This document shows positions 13,301-25,745 of a DNA stretch of 64,000 nucleotides, one piece after another. The notes beneath the pieces are model-generated. The model was not told the DNA's origin, searched no databases, and saw nothing but the letters and a program-made list of their open reading frames with translations. The stretch comes from Spironucleus salmonicida (taxonomy: Eukaryota). Position 1 is the first letter of the stretch; each line of letters begins with the position of its first letter. The stretch lies in assembly GCF_000497125.1 (NCBI RefSeq), contig NC_090601.1:186001-250000 (forward strand), in the 5' to 3' direction. The position numbers and the translations under genes are program-made.

Positions 13301-16300
13301 GCTTAGGAGCTAGAAGCTCATGTTGATAAGTAAACAGAGTAACTTGTAAAAGTTACTTAGGACAAGGATACCAGAGAGAGGTAGATATAAAATCTTGCCT
13401 CTGAAAATGCTTAGCTTACTGGGCAGTTAGAGGATTTGAGATACTCAGTGCTGAATGAGTCTAAAACTATTGAAGGCAATTAGAAAACGATTGGAAATTT
13501 AAGGGAGGAACTAGTTCATACATAGGCAATGGTTGACAAACTAATTGCCGAAAAGCAATAAAATATCTCAGCATCTACAGAGTAGCGCATGAACGAAACT
13601 AAACTTATGGAGCATATCAACTCACTAGTTACTGAATAGTAGCAAGGTGTCACGACGATTTAAACATTACAATAGGAAATAGAGCATCTACGCATGATAA
13701 ATAAGGAAGCGGGGTTCGAGCTGAAGAACTTCTAGTAGGTGCTGATGTTAAAAGAGTAGTCGCATTGCGCACTTCAGCAGGAAGTCGATGGACTTTAAGT
13801 CTAGCTGGAGGAGACCAAGTTATTCTATGAAGGGAAGCAGGCAACCGACAAGTCTATGCAAATGTCACAGTACGCCTTGCCGGTATCATTGCAAACTAGT
13901 GCCCTCGTCGATTCGCAGGTGAGTGTCTTACGCAACGAAACGGTGGAGCTCTAGCAAAAGGCTTAGGAGCTAGAAGCTCATGTTGATAAGTAAACAGAGT
14001 AACTTGTAAAAGTTACTTAGGACAAGGATACCAGAGAGAGGTAGATATAAAATCTTGCCTCTGAAAATGCTTAGCTTACTGGGCAGTTAGAGGATTTGAG
14101 ATACTCAGTGCTGAATGAGTCTAAAACTATTGAAGGCAATTAGAAAACGATTGGAAATTTAAGGGAGGAACTAGTTCATACATAGGCAATGGTTGACAAA
14201 CTAATTGCCGAAAAGCAATAAAATATCTCAGCATCTACAGAGTAGCGCATGAACGAAACTAAACTTATGGAGCATATCAACTCACTAGTTACTGAATAGT
14301 AGCAAGGTGTCACGACGATTTAAACATTACAATAGGAAATAGAGCATCTACGCATGATAAATAAGGAAGCGGGGTTCGAGCTGAAGAACTTCTAGTAGGT
14401 GCTGATGTTAAAAGAGTAGTCGCATTGCGCACTTCAGCAGGAAGTCGATGGACTTTAAGTCTAGCTGGAGGAGACCAAGTTATTCTATGAAGGGAAGCAG
14501 GCAACCGACAAGTCTATGCAAATGTCACAGTACGCCTTGCCGGTATCATTGCAAACTAGTGCCCTCGTCGATTCGCAGGTGAGTGTCTTACGCAACGAAA
14601 CGGTGGAGCTCTAGCAAAAGGCTTAGGAGCTAGAAGCTCATGTTGATAAGTAAACAGAGTAACTTGTAAAAGTTACTTAGGACAAGGATACCAGAGAGAG
14701 GTAGATATAAAATCTTGCCTCTGAAAATGCTTAGCTTACTGGGCAGTTAGAGGATTTGAGATACTCAGTGCTGAATGAGTCTAAAACTATTGAAGGCAAT
14801 TAGAAAACGATTGGAAATTTAAGGGAGGAACTAGTTCATACATAGGCAATGGTTGACAAACTAATTGCCGAAAAGCAATAAAATATCTCAGCATCTACAG
14901 AGTAGCGCATGAACGAAACTAAACTTATGGAGCATATCAACTCACTAGTTACTGAATAGTAGCAAGGTGTCACGACGATTTAAACATTACAATAGGAAAT
15001 AGAGCATCTACGCATGATAAATAAGGAAGCGGGGTTCGAGCTGAAGAACTTCTAGTAGGTGCTGATGTTAAAAGAGTAGTCGCATTGCGCACTTCAGCAG
15101 GAAGTCGATGGACTTTAAGTCTAGCTGGAGGAGACCAAGTTATTCTATGAAGGGAAGCAGGCAACCGACAAGTCTATGCAAATGTCACAGTACGCCTTGC
15201 CGGTATCATTGCAAACTAGTGCCCTCGTCGATTCGCAGGTGAGTGTCTTACGCAACGAAACGGTGGAGCTCTAGCAAAAGGCTTAGGAGCTAGAAGCTCA
15301 TGTTGATAAGTAAACAGAGTAACTTGTAAAAGTTACTTAGGACAAGGATACCAGAGAGAGGTAGATATAAAATCTTGCCTCTGAAAATGCTTAGCTTACT
15401 GGGCAGTTAGAGGATTTGAGATACTCAGTGCTGAATGAGTCTAAAACTATTGAAGGCAATTAGAAAACGATTGGAAATTTAAGGGAGGAACTAGTTCATA
15501 CATAGGCAATGGTTGACAAACTAATTGCCGAAAAGCAATAAAATATCTCAGCATCTACAGAGTAGCGCATGAACGAAACTAAACTTATGGAGCATATCAA
15601 CTCACTAGTTACTGAATAGTAGCAAGGTGTCACGACGATTTAAACATTACAATAGGAAATAGAGCATCTACGCATGATAAATAAGGAAGCGGGGTTCGAG
15701 CTGAAGAACTTCTAGTAGGTGCTGATGTTAAAAGAGTAGTCGCATTGCGCACTTCAGCAGGAAGTCGATGGACTTTAAGTCTAGCTGGAGGAGACCAAGT
15801 TATTCTATGAAGGGAAGCAGGCAACCGACAAGTCTATGCAAATGTCACAGTACGCCTTGCCGGTATCATTGCAAACTAGTGCCCTCGTCGATTCGCAGGT
15901 GAGTGTCTTACGCAACGAAACGGTGGAGCTCTAGCAAAAGGCTTAGGAGCTAGAAGATACAGTAGTATAGTTAAATAACTTAATATCAGATATTCAAAGC
16001 TAAAAATAATAGCTTAAATAACAATTGTTGTTATTTGAATCTGAAAATTTGAATCTAACAAAATAATTACTTAGATATCAAAATATAAAAGACACACAAC
16101 TACCGGATCATAGTAATATTACAGCTAGTTCATAGACTATTTTGACTTATGATTTGATTGATGTGATTGATTATCAAAATGATACACTTAAATTTGATCT
16201 CAGATAACAGTAACATTAAAACTAAGAAGTTACTAAAATACAGTTTAATCTGCAAACTTAGGTATAAGATCTTCGAGAATAAAATATTGAACTTAATATG

Positions 16301-17140
16301 TTACTAAAAAGATAGTAGGAAAAGAATTTAAAGTTATTGGATATTAATAAGTTTTTAGAAAAACAATTAGATAGCAACATTAATACAACTTAATAATCGA
16401 ACCTGTAAAATGATCAAAAACAGACTAATATAATTAAATCTTAATAGCATGTTAATGATTTAGAAAAATCTCTTAAAAATTTAAATAAAGATTGTAAAAT
16501 TTTCAAGTAAAAGCTTTCTGAAACATAAATTCAACTTGACAATAAAGATGAATTTTATTAAACCTAACTATAATAATAAGCAGAAGAATTATTACTAGCA
16601 CATAGAGAAAGAGATAATTCTATAAATACTCTTAAATAAGTGTAAAAAGACTTATAAGAAACAAAATAAGATCTAATAACACTAAAATAAAACTTAAACT
16701 CTAATACATTGTAAAACTTGGTGTAAGTATAAGAATAAGAAATTTTGCTACTTAAATAGTAGATGAATAATTAAAATAATTCTATGGTTATGTCTTAAAT
16801 AAGCAAATCTTAAACAATATTATCCGCTTTGGAAGACTCAATTATAGCACCTAAGTCTGTGATAGAAGATATACGTAGTATTAAATTATTAGTATTTGAT
16901 GTATTTTAGTTATCAGAAGATGAAAGAATTAGAGGATAATTAAAATAAGCCTGTGATAGGTTAGCAACAGTTATATTTGCGCTGACATTTAAATAAAATT
17001 GTGATTTTTTAGACTAAAGTGAAGATTTAGCATTTTCCAGGTTGCTTATTGAGAAACAGGAAGAAAGATAAAAGCGAATGAATTAAGGCAGCTTAAGTTA
17101 ACTAGAAGGAAGTTAAGTAAGTCTGAGTGGTTTCATTTGA
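10319..17140 (+). CDS. Large coiled-coil protein (~2273 aa) with ~6.5 internal 220-aa repeats
   Basis: ATG 10319 (MDNLKISELTRTPTLQ...). The frame stays open through the 660-bp array (EHLRMINKEAGSELKNFQQVLMLKEQ...) and ends ...QVSLSGFI TGA, followed immediately by AGTGA. Confidence 0.85.
11693..15956 (+). repeat. Coding tandem repeat, 660-bp unit, ~6.46 near-identical copies
   Basis: Identical lines recur at 11701, 12361, 13021, 13681, 14341, 15001 and 15661. The only difference seen is ggggtCcgag (copies 1-3) versus ggggtTcgag (copies 4-7). Confidence 0.98.
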
Positions 17141-17195
17141 GTGATGAGCGTTAAATTATTTATATATTATATCCTATTAATATCATATATATTTA

Positions 17196-17891
17196 ATGGG
17201 AAAACGTGACTGGTTCAACGCAGCAATAAACAATGATATATCTTTCATTATGACTAATATACATAAATATAGCTAAAAATTAGATACTTCTAGCTGTTCT
17301 CCACACTAGAAAGGAATTTCTGCTCTTTTTCTAGCTATAATAAATGGAAACAGCTAAATAGTCGACTTTCTTTTAGACTACGAAATCAATATTACTTCAA
17401 CTCATATGTTTACAGTCAGTGCTCCGAACTTTTACGACATCATACTCTATCCAGGATCTACTGCTTTGCACGTCGCATTTGCAGCACAAGATTACACACT
17501 TGGAGCTTCACTTTTGGATAGAGTAACTCAGCCAGATTCTCAGGGTGATCCACCTGTCGCTCTGGCTCCAATTTGTCGCCCATGTCCTTCATTGGAGTAA
17601 CTTTTTGACAATGTGAACTTTATTAATTAACTCAAAAAATGTCCTACTTTTTTGCACAACTGTGCGCTATTTGGGAGGTTTATTTTAATAAGAAAAATAG
17701 TTGAGAAAATAGTTTCTGGTGATCATGAGTTAGCATTATTCGTTAAAAACCAAATGGAACACAAAGTTGATGGAATGAACGTCTATGATCTAGCAATTTG
17801 CTAAATAGATGAAGGAAAAACAGGTTGCAGTAAAGCCGATAAGGTTACTTTGATTGATGCACTCAAGGAGTTAGAAGATGTGTTACAATGA
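17196..17891 (+). CDS. Ankyrin-repeat protein (diplomonad protein 21.1-like N-terminus), 231 aa
   Basis: MGKRDWFNAAINNDISFI...KGISALFLAIINGNSQIVDFLLDYE...GSTALHVAFAAQ...FLHNCALFG...GMNVYDLA; ankyrin consensus GxTaLhlA. Confidence 0.8.
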
Positions 17892-17998
17892 ACGAAATTA
17901 TTTGGAAGGATAGTATATAAAATGGTCTCAAGTGAGAGGGAAGTTGTGACTATATATTATTTAAATGATATATAATAGCATATATTACAAAATACATA

Positions 17999-18346
17999 AT
18001 GAATTCATCTAAAAATAAGTCTATTTAATATTAACCATTTATATCATTACGCGAGAGAACTTACTCTAGAGATGCTATATGTTAAAACTCTGATAATTTG
18101 TATAAACTTATAATAGGCGGAAAAGTTGATTTAGTTTTGGAAAATTAACCTATTAATATATAATTATAGCATTACAAATCCACTATAGCATTACTATAAG
18201 AGGAATATGTAGATAATTTACAGCATAAGGATAATAGTATTTTAAATCATTTTTATGAAAAATCTCTTTCATTAGCAATAGATGCTAAAGTTGAAATTGA
18301 AAAAAGAGATCTTAAAATTAAAAAATATATGAAATTATACTAGTGA
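17999..18346 (+). CDS. Hypothetical protein, 115 aa
   Basis: Open table-6 frame from ATG 17999, ending TAG TGA (AGTGA). Confidence 0.6.
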
Positions 18347-18357
18347 TTGTATATTAT

Positions 18358-18546
18358 TCAGTCGTTTTGCTTGTTTTAGTCACTTTTCATCCTGGTTTAA
18401 AAATTAATAGCTTTTGATAATTATTTTGATAGAAAATTAGGGCTTAAGGTATCACAACGAGCAGTATTCTCTAGTGATTATTGATTATTCATAGAATATA
18501 TGTTGTCAGTAACTTATATTGGTGTTTCGTTAATAGTACAACCCAT
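18358..18546 (-). CDS. Small hypothetical protein (62 aa) with MGC N-terminus, possibly dually acylated
   Basis: MGCTINETPIQVTDNIYS... ending at TGA 18358, with AGTGA ~20 nt before the stop. Short, so weakly supported. Confidence 0.4.
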
Positions 18547-18678
18547 TAGTTTTGCAAATTTTCTTTTATTAATAAAAATAATATCGCTTAATAACCATTA
18601 TCATTTTTAAATTTGGAAATTAATTTATATTATTAACTTATATTTTATAATAATAGTATTGGTTTATAAAATTAAATA

Positions 18679-19323
18679 ATGAGAAATTCTTTCAGATCTT
18701 AATCCACATTATCAATTAATTAATTAAGTACCATACCGCCCAAAAAGTTTAGAAATACAACATAAGTTAACTCTAATTAGAGATCATAGTCATGTAAATA
18801 AAAAACCTAACATTATAATAATCAATTATCTTTATAACTTCAGCGAGAAAATAGCTTTGATTTATCTCGATCTACATTGAAAATTACAGTAAAAAATTAT
18901 GAATCAGAGTCATTACGATAATAATATATAATCAAAAACTTGTTTATACCAAAGCCTGTAACAATAAATACAAAAGATATACCAAAATTTAAGAAAGAAA
19001 AATAATCATACTATGATTCTCGTTAAGAATAATTTGAAGTCATCAAATAACTGAACAACTATGATGATCTTTTAATTAAGTAGTTACATCCATCTTAGCA
19101 CTCATAAATAAAAACTTGTAAATTTTTATCATCTTGGAGAGCAAATGATAATCAGATCTCATCAGCACGTTTTGACGCATAGTTAATGTAATTTTCTGGA
19201 TTTTCTTATTCGCCAATTACGAGAAATACTAGAATAGACAAAAAACCTCTTTATGGAGTTCCAACTTAAAAACAATCTGGATCTACAATTAATAAGTCAT
19301 TCTTTCAAACCATGAATAAATGA
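18679..19323 (+). CDS. Hypothetical protein, 214 aa
   Basis: Open frame from MRNSFRSQSTLSINQLSTIPPKKFR... to TGA 19321-19323. Confidence 0.6.
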
Positions 19324-19347
19324 AATATAATACTGCATATTATATTT

Positions 19348-20634
19348 TCACTCTTATATTAGTTTCTACTCTTCTAGTGGTATACCTTATTCAACTTTTA
19401 TTTATTCAGAACACTACAATTTTTACTTTTCATATTACCTTATTGTATCGACTACAACTTTACCTAAATTTATTAACTTAAATCCATCTTCATGGCTAAT
19501 TGCGAATTTAAATTCAAATCGTTAAACTTCTATCCCACCACCTTTTAGTATCGCAATCGCTACCATTTTCTCAATACTCTTAGAATTCCATCCAAATGCT
19601 CCAAAAAATGCACAATGTTTCCCATTTATTAGAGTAAGAGAAGATAAATATCGCAATACTGACATTATTTTCGGGGTAGCACATCCATTTATTGTTGGAG
19701 ATCCAACAATCATTCCTTTTGCCTCCAAAAGCTCTGCAGCAATTTTAGTTAGGCCAACCACTCTGACATCGCATATAATATATTTCATACCACAATTAAT
19801 TATTTAAGATGCGATAAGTTTGGCAGCATGTTCAGTTTAATTATAAATAGTATCAAATAATATTACAATTTTATTCTAATTATAAACATTAGTTGTAAAT
19901 TAAATAAAATACTAAACAGCATGATTAAGCTATTCCCCTCTCCAACACACTCCATGAGCAGTTAATATATATTTTGGTTCAAATTCTAAAATAAATGGTA
20001 CTAGTTTTTCACAAATTAATCTACAAGGGGACACAATATTAGCAATATATTCCTTGAAAAGTTTCATCAGGTGATCAAAATGGTGTATTTCATCTGCATA
20101 TCTCTCAGTACATGCAATATGTTATCCAAACGCATCATTTGAGAATAATATATGATTCTCTTTATCAATTGTCCACATTGATTCAGGCCAATGAACTTTA
20201 GTAAACTTAAACATTAATTCTCTATTTCCTGTATTAATTATTGATTCTTCATCAATAATTTCAAACTCATAATCATTAAGCGTTGGAAATTATGAAACTA
20301 ATAAATCTTTACATAATTTATTACAAATTAATTTTGCGTGTGGGATTCGTTACATTAGAATTGGAAGTCCTGATGTATGATCTCCTTCTGCATGATTAAT
20401 TATGATTTGCTATATTTATTATATATCTATAATAGAACCTATTCTATCAATATGTTCTTCAATAAGTGTATGTTTTACAGAATCGACTAAAGTAATGATA
20501 TCATCCTAAAGTAGATATGAATTATAGGTTGTTCCTTCCTCTGTTTCATGCCCATGAAACTGTCTTATTGTCCAATCAATAGCACCGACCCATTATATTT
20601 AGGGTAGAACTTCATTAGATGACATATGCATCAT
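19348..20634 (-). CDS. Flavodiiron protein (A-type flavoprotein, FprA-like), paralog 1, 428 aa
   Basis: WVGAIDWTIRQFHG, GTTYNSYL, diiron ligand motifs NHAEGDH, HWPES, SNDAFGQH and TAHG, flavodoxin motifs GSPTING and FGAFGW; ends GAG TGA. Confidence 0.92.
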
Positions 20635-21034
20635 TTATTTTAAATATTATAATATTATATAATATAGAGTTAATATAATTAACATATATGTAAGTAAAGT
20701 TTTATGTTAATGACATAAGCCTAAAATATAATTTAGATTTAGATTATCTTATGCTGCAATAAATATAAGTTATTTGCTTAATATGAAATATCTAAATGAA
20801 AAAAGTAACATAGCTTATTTTGTAGTTTAGCCTAATAAAACAATTTAAAATTAAAACAAACACATTAGAACCATGTTATACTTGATGAACTTCTACTTAT
20901 ATAAATATTTCCTCATTTATACTATATGTTTTAATTATTTTATACTATACCATAAAATAGTACCTAAAACAGTTGTATCTCCGTCATTATTGCCATTTTT
21001 TCCATTAATCACTTTTACAAATATACAAATAACC

Positions 21035-22321
21035 TCACTCACTCTCATGTTACATCACACTAGATTCACTAATTTCGCCATTTTCGTCCTCCTATTTCTC
21101 TTCTTATATCAAAATTTTAGATTTTATCGCTTCTGCAATTTCGCAACCTAAGGCAAAGAGACTCTCTCTGCTTTTGTCACCCAGCAAGTACTTAAATTCA
21201 ACCTTACCAATAACGTTGCAATTAGCGCTTTCCAGATACGTTTCCATCATATTAAGGCTCTTTTACGCCCATCCGAACGCACCAAAAACGCACCCTGGTT
21301 TGTTGCCAATCAGTTGCAGCCCCCTTAGGTAGCGCAAAGCAGCCTCAGTTTTAACGCTCAGCCTGCTGTTAATCGTCGGACTCCCAAAAGCGATACCGCC
21401 TGCATCGTACGCGTGATATGCAACTTTTGTCAAATCGACAACGCGCAAATCGCAGATTTGTGACCGAACTCCGCAAGAGTACGCGCCTTCTGAAAGCGTT
21501 TTTGCTGCATTTTCAGTGGCGCCGTAAACTGAGTCGAAAACAATCAAAAGTTTCTGTTTCAAGTTCAGTCGATGTGCGTAAAGCGAGTATTCACGAAGGG
21601 GATAACCTAAAAAATCACCCCGCCAGGAGCAACCATGCGCAGTCAAAATGTACTCAATTTTAAGAGTTGCTGCGGCCTTTAGCGCAGTTCGGATCGGGGC
21701 ACGAAATGGACCCAGAATGTTTGCTGTATACTCTTTGAGTAAGTACATTAAGTGCTCTATGTCCTGGACCTGGTCTGCCCAACGGTCTGTTGAGGCGATA
21801 TGCTGCCCAAATCCATCGTTTGAGAAAAGAATATTGTTGGTCGCATCTAGAGTGAACATTGAATCTGGCCAATGCAGGTTTGGAACTAGCAAGAATCCAA
21901 GTGTTCTAGAGCCTGTACTAATGGTTTTTGAATTATCCACTAACTACCAGCTACAGGATTTTAACGACGGGTAGAGTATACAGAGGTGTTCTTTACAAAC
22001 CTTATTTGTTATTATAGTGGCATTGGGAAATTTTGGCATCACTAGAGGAAGTGCACTGGTATGATCTCCTTCAGCATGATTCACAATAATCTATTTAATC
22101 TAATCGAGGGGAATTACCGCACTAACTCTTTCTAAAAACTCTTCCCAAAAAGGTTCTTTCACACAATCAATAAGCGTAGGAATAGTATCCTTAATTAAAT
22201 AAGCATTATATGACGACCCTTCATCAGTATGATATCCATGAAATATTCTAATTGTCCAATCAATTGCACCTACCCAAAATACATTTGGCAACATCTCTGT
22301 GCTAGTAACAAAGTTAGTCAT
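21035..22321 (-). CDS. Flavodiiron protein (A-type flavoprotein, FprA-like), paralog 2, 428 aa
   Basis: WVGAIDWTIRIFHGY, GSSYNAYL, NHAEGDH, LHWPDSMFT, SNDGFGQH, TAHG, FDSVYGATE, GSPTIN and FGAFGW; ends AGT GAG TGA. Confidence 0.95.
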
Positions 22322-22423
22322 TATATGATTATTGTTATTATGCTATATAATATATACAATAACTTTAATTTTATATTATCAATTTTATATTCTTTATACT
22401 ATTCTATATCTTTGTTAAAAATA

Positions 22424-23434
22424 ATGTTTGGTTTTGATTTTGATGTTTTAACAGTGGAAGATTAATTAAATATTACAGGAGGATCGTGTATTGGAGCTAT
22501 TATATCAATATTATATTGCATAATAATATTTAAATATACTACAATAGTTCATTAGTAAGAAGAAATTGTAATTGAACGATGTGGCTAGTATAAAAAAGTT
22601 CTTTAGCCTGGTTGCCATTGTCTTCTTCCATTTTTTGATGCTAAGGTAGAATTTATTGCTGTTGACTATCACTTCAACATCAGCAACCATCACGTGCAGC
22701 AGTCGGTGACCGAGCGCAAGGGCCAAGATAAGTTCATTATTGACAAGCGCCTCCAGGTTCTGGATATGCCATTGCAGCCAGTTATTACCCGTGATAACGT
22801 CCAGCTTGAGGTGCACCCTATGGCGCTATACAAAGTAACGGACTCCATGCTCGCGGTTTACGAGGTACAAAATCTGTACTCCTCGATCTAAATTTTAATA
22901 TCAACTACACTTTCAGACATAATTGGAAGAATTACATTGGATGACACCCTCTGCTCTAGACAGGAGGTAAGACGCTAGGTATTCAACCAGATCCATTCTA
23001 CCATCTAAAACTGGGGAGCCCTATTGATCGAAGTTGACATCCTCGAAATAGATCCCCCTGAAAACATTGTTACAGCGATGGAAGCTCAGTTACTGGCAGA
23101 GCGTGAGAGAAGAGCTAAATTAGTAGAAGCTGACGCTGACCGCTAAATAAAGAAAATCATGGCTGACTCGCTTAGCCAGGAAAAGATACAGCTAGTAACA
23201 GGTGAAAGTCAGAGCATGGTCATGATAGCAGAAGCGGAAGCAGAAGGGCAAAAGGCCATAGGTATGGCGCAGGCTGAAGTAATTGGCATGCTGAGCGGAA
23301 AGGTGAAAGGATTTGATGTTGGTGATTTCCAGCTAAAAAACTACTGGCTCGATGCTATCGAAGCAGTGGCGATCAATAGTAGGAACGTGCAGTTGGTGAA
23401 GGGCGTAAGTATTCTATAGAAGCTTTCTGAGTGA
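22424..23434 (+). CDS. SPFH/band-7 (stomatin/QmcA-like) membrane protein, 336 aa, intact copy
   Basis: N-terminal hydrophobic segment, then IVHQQEEIVIERCGQYKKVLQPG, DMPLQPVITRDNV, IGRITLDDTLCSR, WGALLIEVDILEIDPP, AMEAQLLAERERRA and AEAEA repeats; ends GAG TGA. Confidence 0.9.
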
Positions 23435-25670
23435 CAATTTCTGTTAGTACTTCCGTTGCTTCGATTATAATGCCTTTATAATATTATATTTATCGAAATG
23501 AATTTCCTGTTTCCACTTCTTCATAATGATTACTACTGTCCGTGTTTCTCAATCCTGATGACATATACAAAATTGTATGATTTTCAAATATTTATATTCT
23601 ATGTATCACTTCTTCAGCACTGGCTTTGGGGCTCCGATCCCAGTTATTCTGAGACCATTCACTCCCAATGGCATGGCACGTTGCTGCAGTACTGGCTTTG
23701 CACTGCTGATACGTTTTATTTATGGGTTTCCCATATCAATCGTGTTAATCTCAGACTGTCTTTCGCACTCCTCAGCCTCTCGGGCGGCGATTATTTTATC
23801 TCGGTCTCTCTGCTCTATTTTGGTATCGTCTATACATACCAGATCTATATTCGATTCCAATATATCGAATACGTAGCTCTTTGATAGCTTAGAATATTTG
23901 AGGCAGAACGGGTTGTTTGCACAGCGGATCACCTACAGGTTTCCAGCCTTGGATACAAAGTTCTCAATCTAAGAAATGTTAGATATTTTGCATGATTCAC
24001 AATTTAAGCTACGAAGGGTGGAACGAACTGCTAGCGCAATCTCCAGATCTCTGGCGGCGTACGATATATCCAGCGCCACAAGGCATGGGAGTTTGGATAG
24101 GGTATCTTTCGATACATTCAGGAATTGGTTCTGGGAGAGGTCGAGTAATACTATCGAAGGAATAAATCCGAATTATGCAGGTACTAGAGACTTCAGCATA
24201 GACCTTTGGAGGTGAAGGTGCTTGATCGGTGCATGGAAGTCGTTGTTTCGGATGACCTTAACTGGATTTCCATTCAATATTAATGTTTCTAGAGCTGTAT
24301 GGTTTAATTATATGTTAAACGGATCAATGATGTCGTTTTCTGAGAGATCCACATACTTCACTTTCGGAAAATCCCTAAGATCGCTGAGAGAAGATAGCTA
24401 GTTGCCAGTGAGAATTAAAGTATGGACCTCCGATACTATGTGTTATATACCCGGGTCTACGCCTATGCTTGTCAATCCCAACCCAGATAAATCCAGAACA
24501 TAGTTCTAGATACTCCGTATTCTCAGGATTTGGGGGTTAATCCGACTAGTTAACTCTTAAATTTTTAGCTATCGCATCGGTTCTGTAATGATCATGTCGT
24601 TGATGAGGCCTAAGTCTGGAAGAAAATATAAGAAATCCTCAACCTTTTCGTTGTCTATTAGTAAGTGTGTTATCTTATTGAAATTCAGTAGTGACTCAGA
24701 ATTAAAACTAGCCTGCATAAGATTGACTATTTATATATGCGGTGGTAGATTAGTAATCGCACCAGAGTGAAGTTCCTTCAGATTATGCATGGTATTAGGA
24801 TTCAGTGCACATTCACAGTTCTGTATATCCAACGCAATCATTTTCTAGAGATTGATATTTTTAAGCTATCCTTGCGTTACATCTGAAAAAGGGATGCGGA
24901 GCTAAGTTATGCCGGTAAACTTGGCCAGGAACTACACCTAAAACTTATATACTTCTGGCGCGTGTATTCCAAATAGGTTTTCCTAGTTAAGAATTTATAA
25001 TGGTGGAGTAAGGACCCCCTGGTATTCCAAATTGACAGCATCGGCATGTTGGTCCAGAAACGGCTACAGAAAAGCATTAGATTGATGCAATTAGTCATGG
25101 CAACAATTGTATTACATCACACCAATAGATGTAATTCCTCTGTTTTCTATGAGACTTGTAATGGTACTAACATGGATACCATTTATCATCTTAATGTTCT
25201 TGAAATATCTTAGAATTTAGGTAAACACGTTATACTCCTGGTTTGGAAACAGGTTGCCATTATAATTTAAAACTTCCAAGCTATTTTTAGTCTGTTGAGA
25301 AATCCCTGAAAATATAGCCATAAACGAAAACTGGTTGAAAGATAAATCCAATACTCGCAGAGTAGGGCAATTTACTTTTATCTTCACAAGTTTATTCTTA
25401 GATAAATTAAGCTCCAGTAAAGCACTAGATTCAAACGAAAATGTTTGCATATCATTATATGATAGGTCGATGCAGTGTATTTCATGCAACTAGCTAAGTA
25501 TTTCCCCAATATTGTCTGGATAAGTAGGACACATATTGTGAAGATCTAAAGCGTGCTATACTGAGTATACAAGTCTATCGGCCACAGATTCTTCGAAATT
25601 TGTCGTGGAAAGAACTGGAGATCGTACATAGGTCTCCATACCGCCTTGCTCGCCAAATTGATGCAATATA
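22666..25670. repeat. Left arm of a ~3.0-kb inverted duplication (partner 34681-37685)
   Basis: Position p pairs with 60351-p throughout (e.g. 22694/37657, 25489/34862). Mismatches seen only at 25015/35336 and 25661/34690. Confidence 0.97.
23606..25670 (-). pseudogene. 5'-truncated copy of the LRR gene 33413-36745; frame intact, could start at internal ATG 25639 or upstream ATG 25771
   Basis: Reverse complement of 34681-36745, lacking the first ~423 codons of the full gene. Confidence 0.75.
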
Positions 25671-25745
25671 AATTTATAGATCTTTATTTGGTCTGTTAAA
25701 CAAATATAATAATAGTTTATAACCAATTTATATAAAAATAAAATC

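Noticed and set aside
11577-15824. Seven repeated minus-strand ORFs beginning MPASLHRITW in the ORF track
   Set aside because: They are antisense shadows of the plus-strand coiled-coil frame, which is continuous across the array under table 6.
11693-15956. Tandem array as a CRISPR, satellite or rDNA-like repeat
   Set aside because: There are no unique spacers and no RNA-gene similarity. The unit is a multiple of 3 and is translated in frame with both flanks.
20640-21030. ORFs between the two flavodiiron genes
   Set aside because: AT-rich with no motifs; most likely spacer/promoter sequence.
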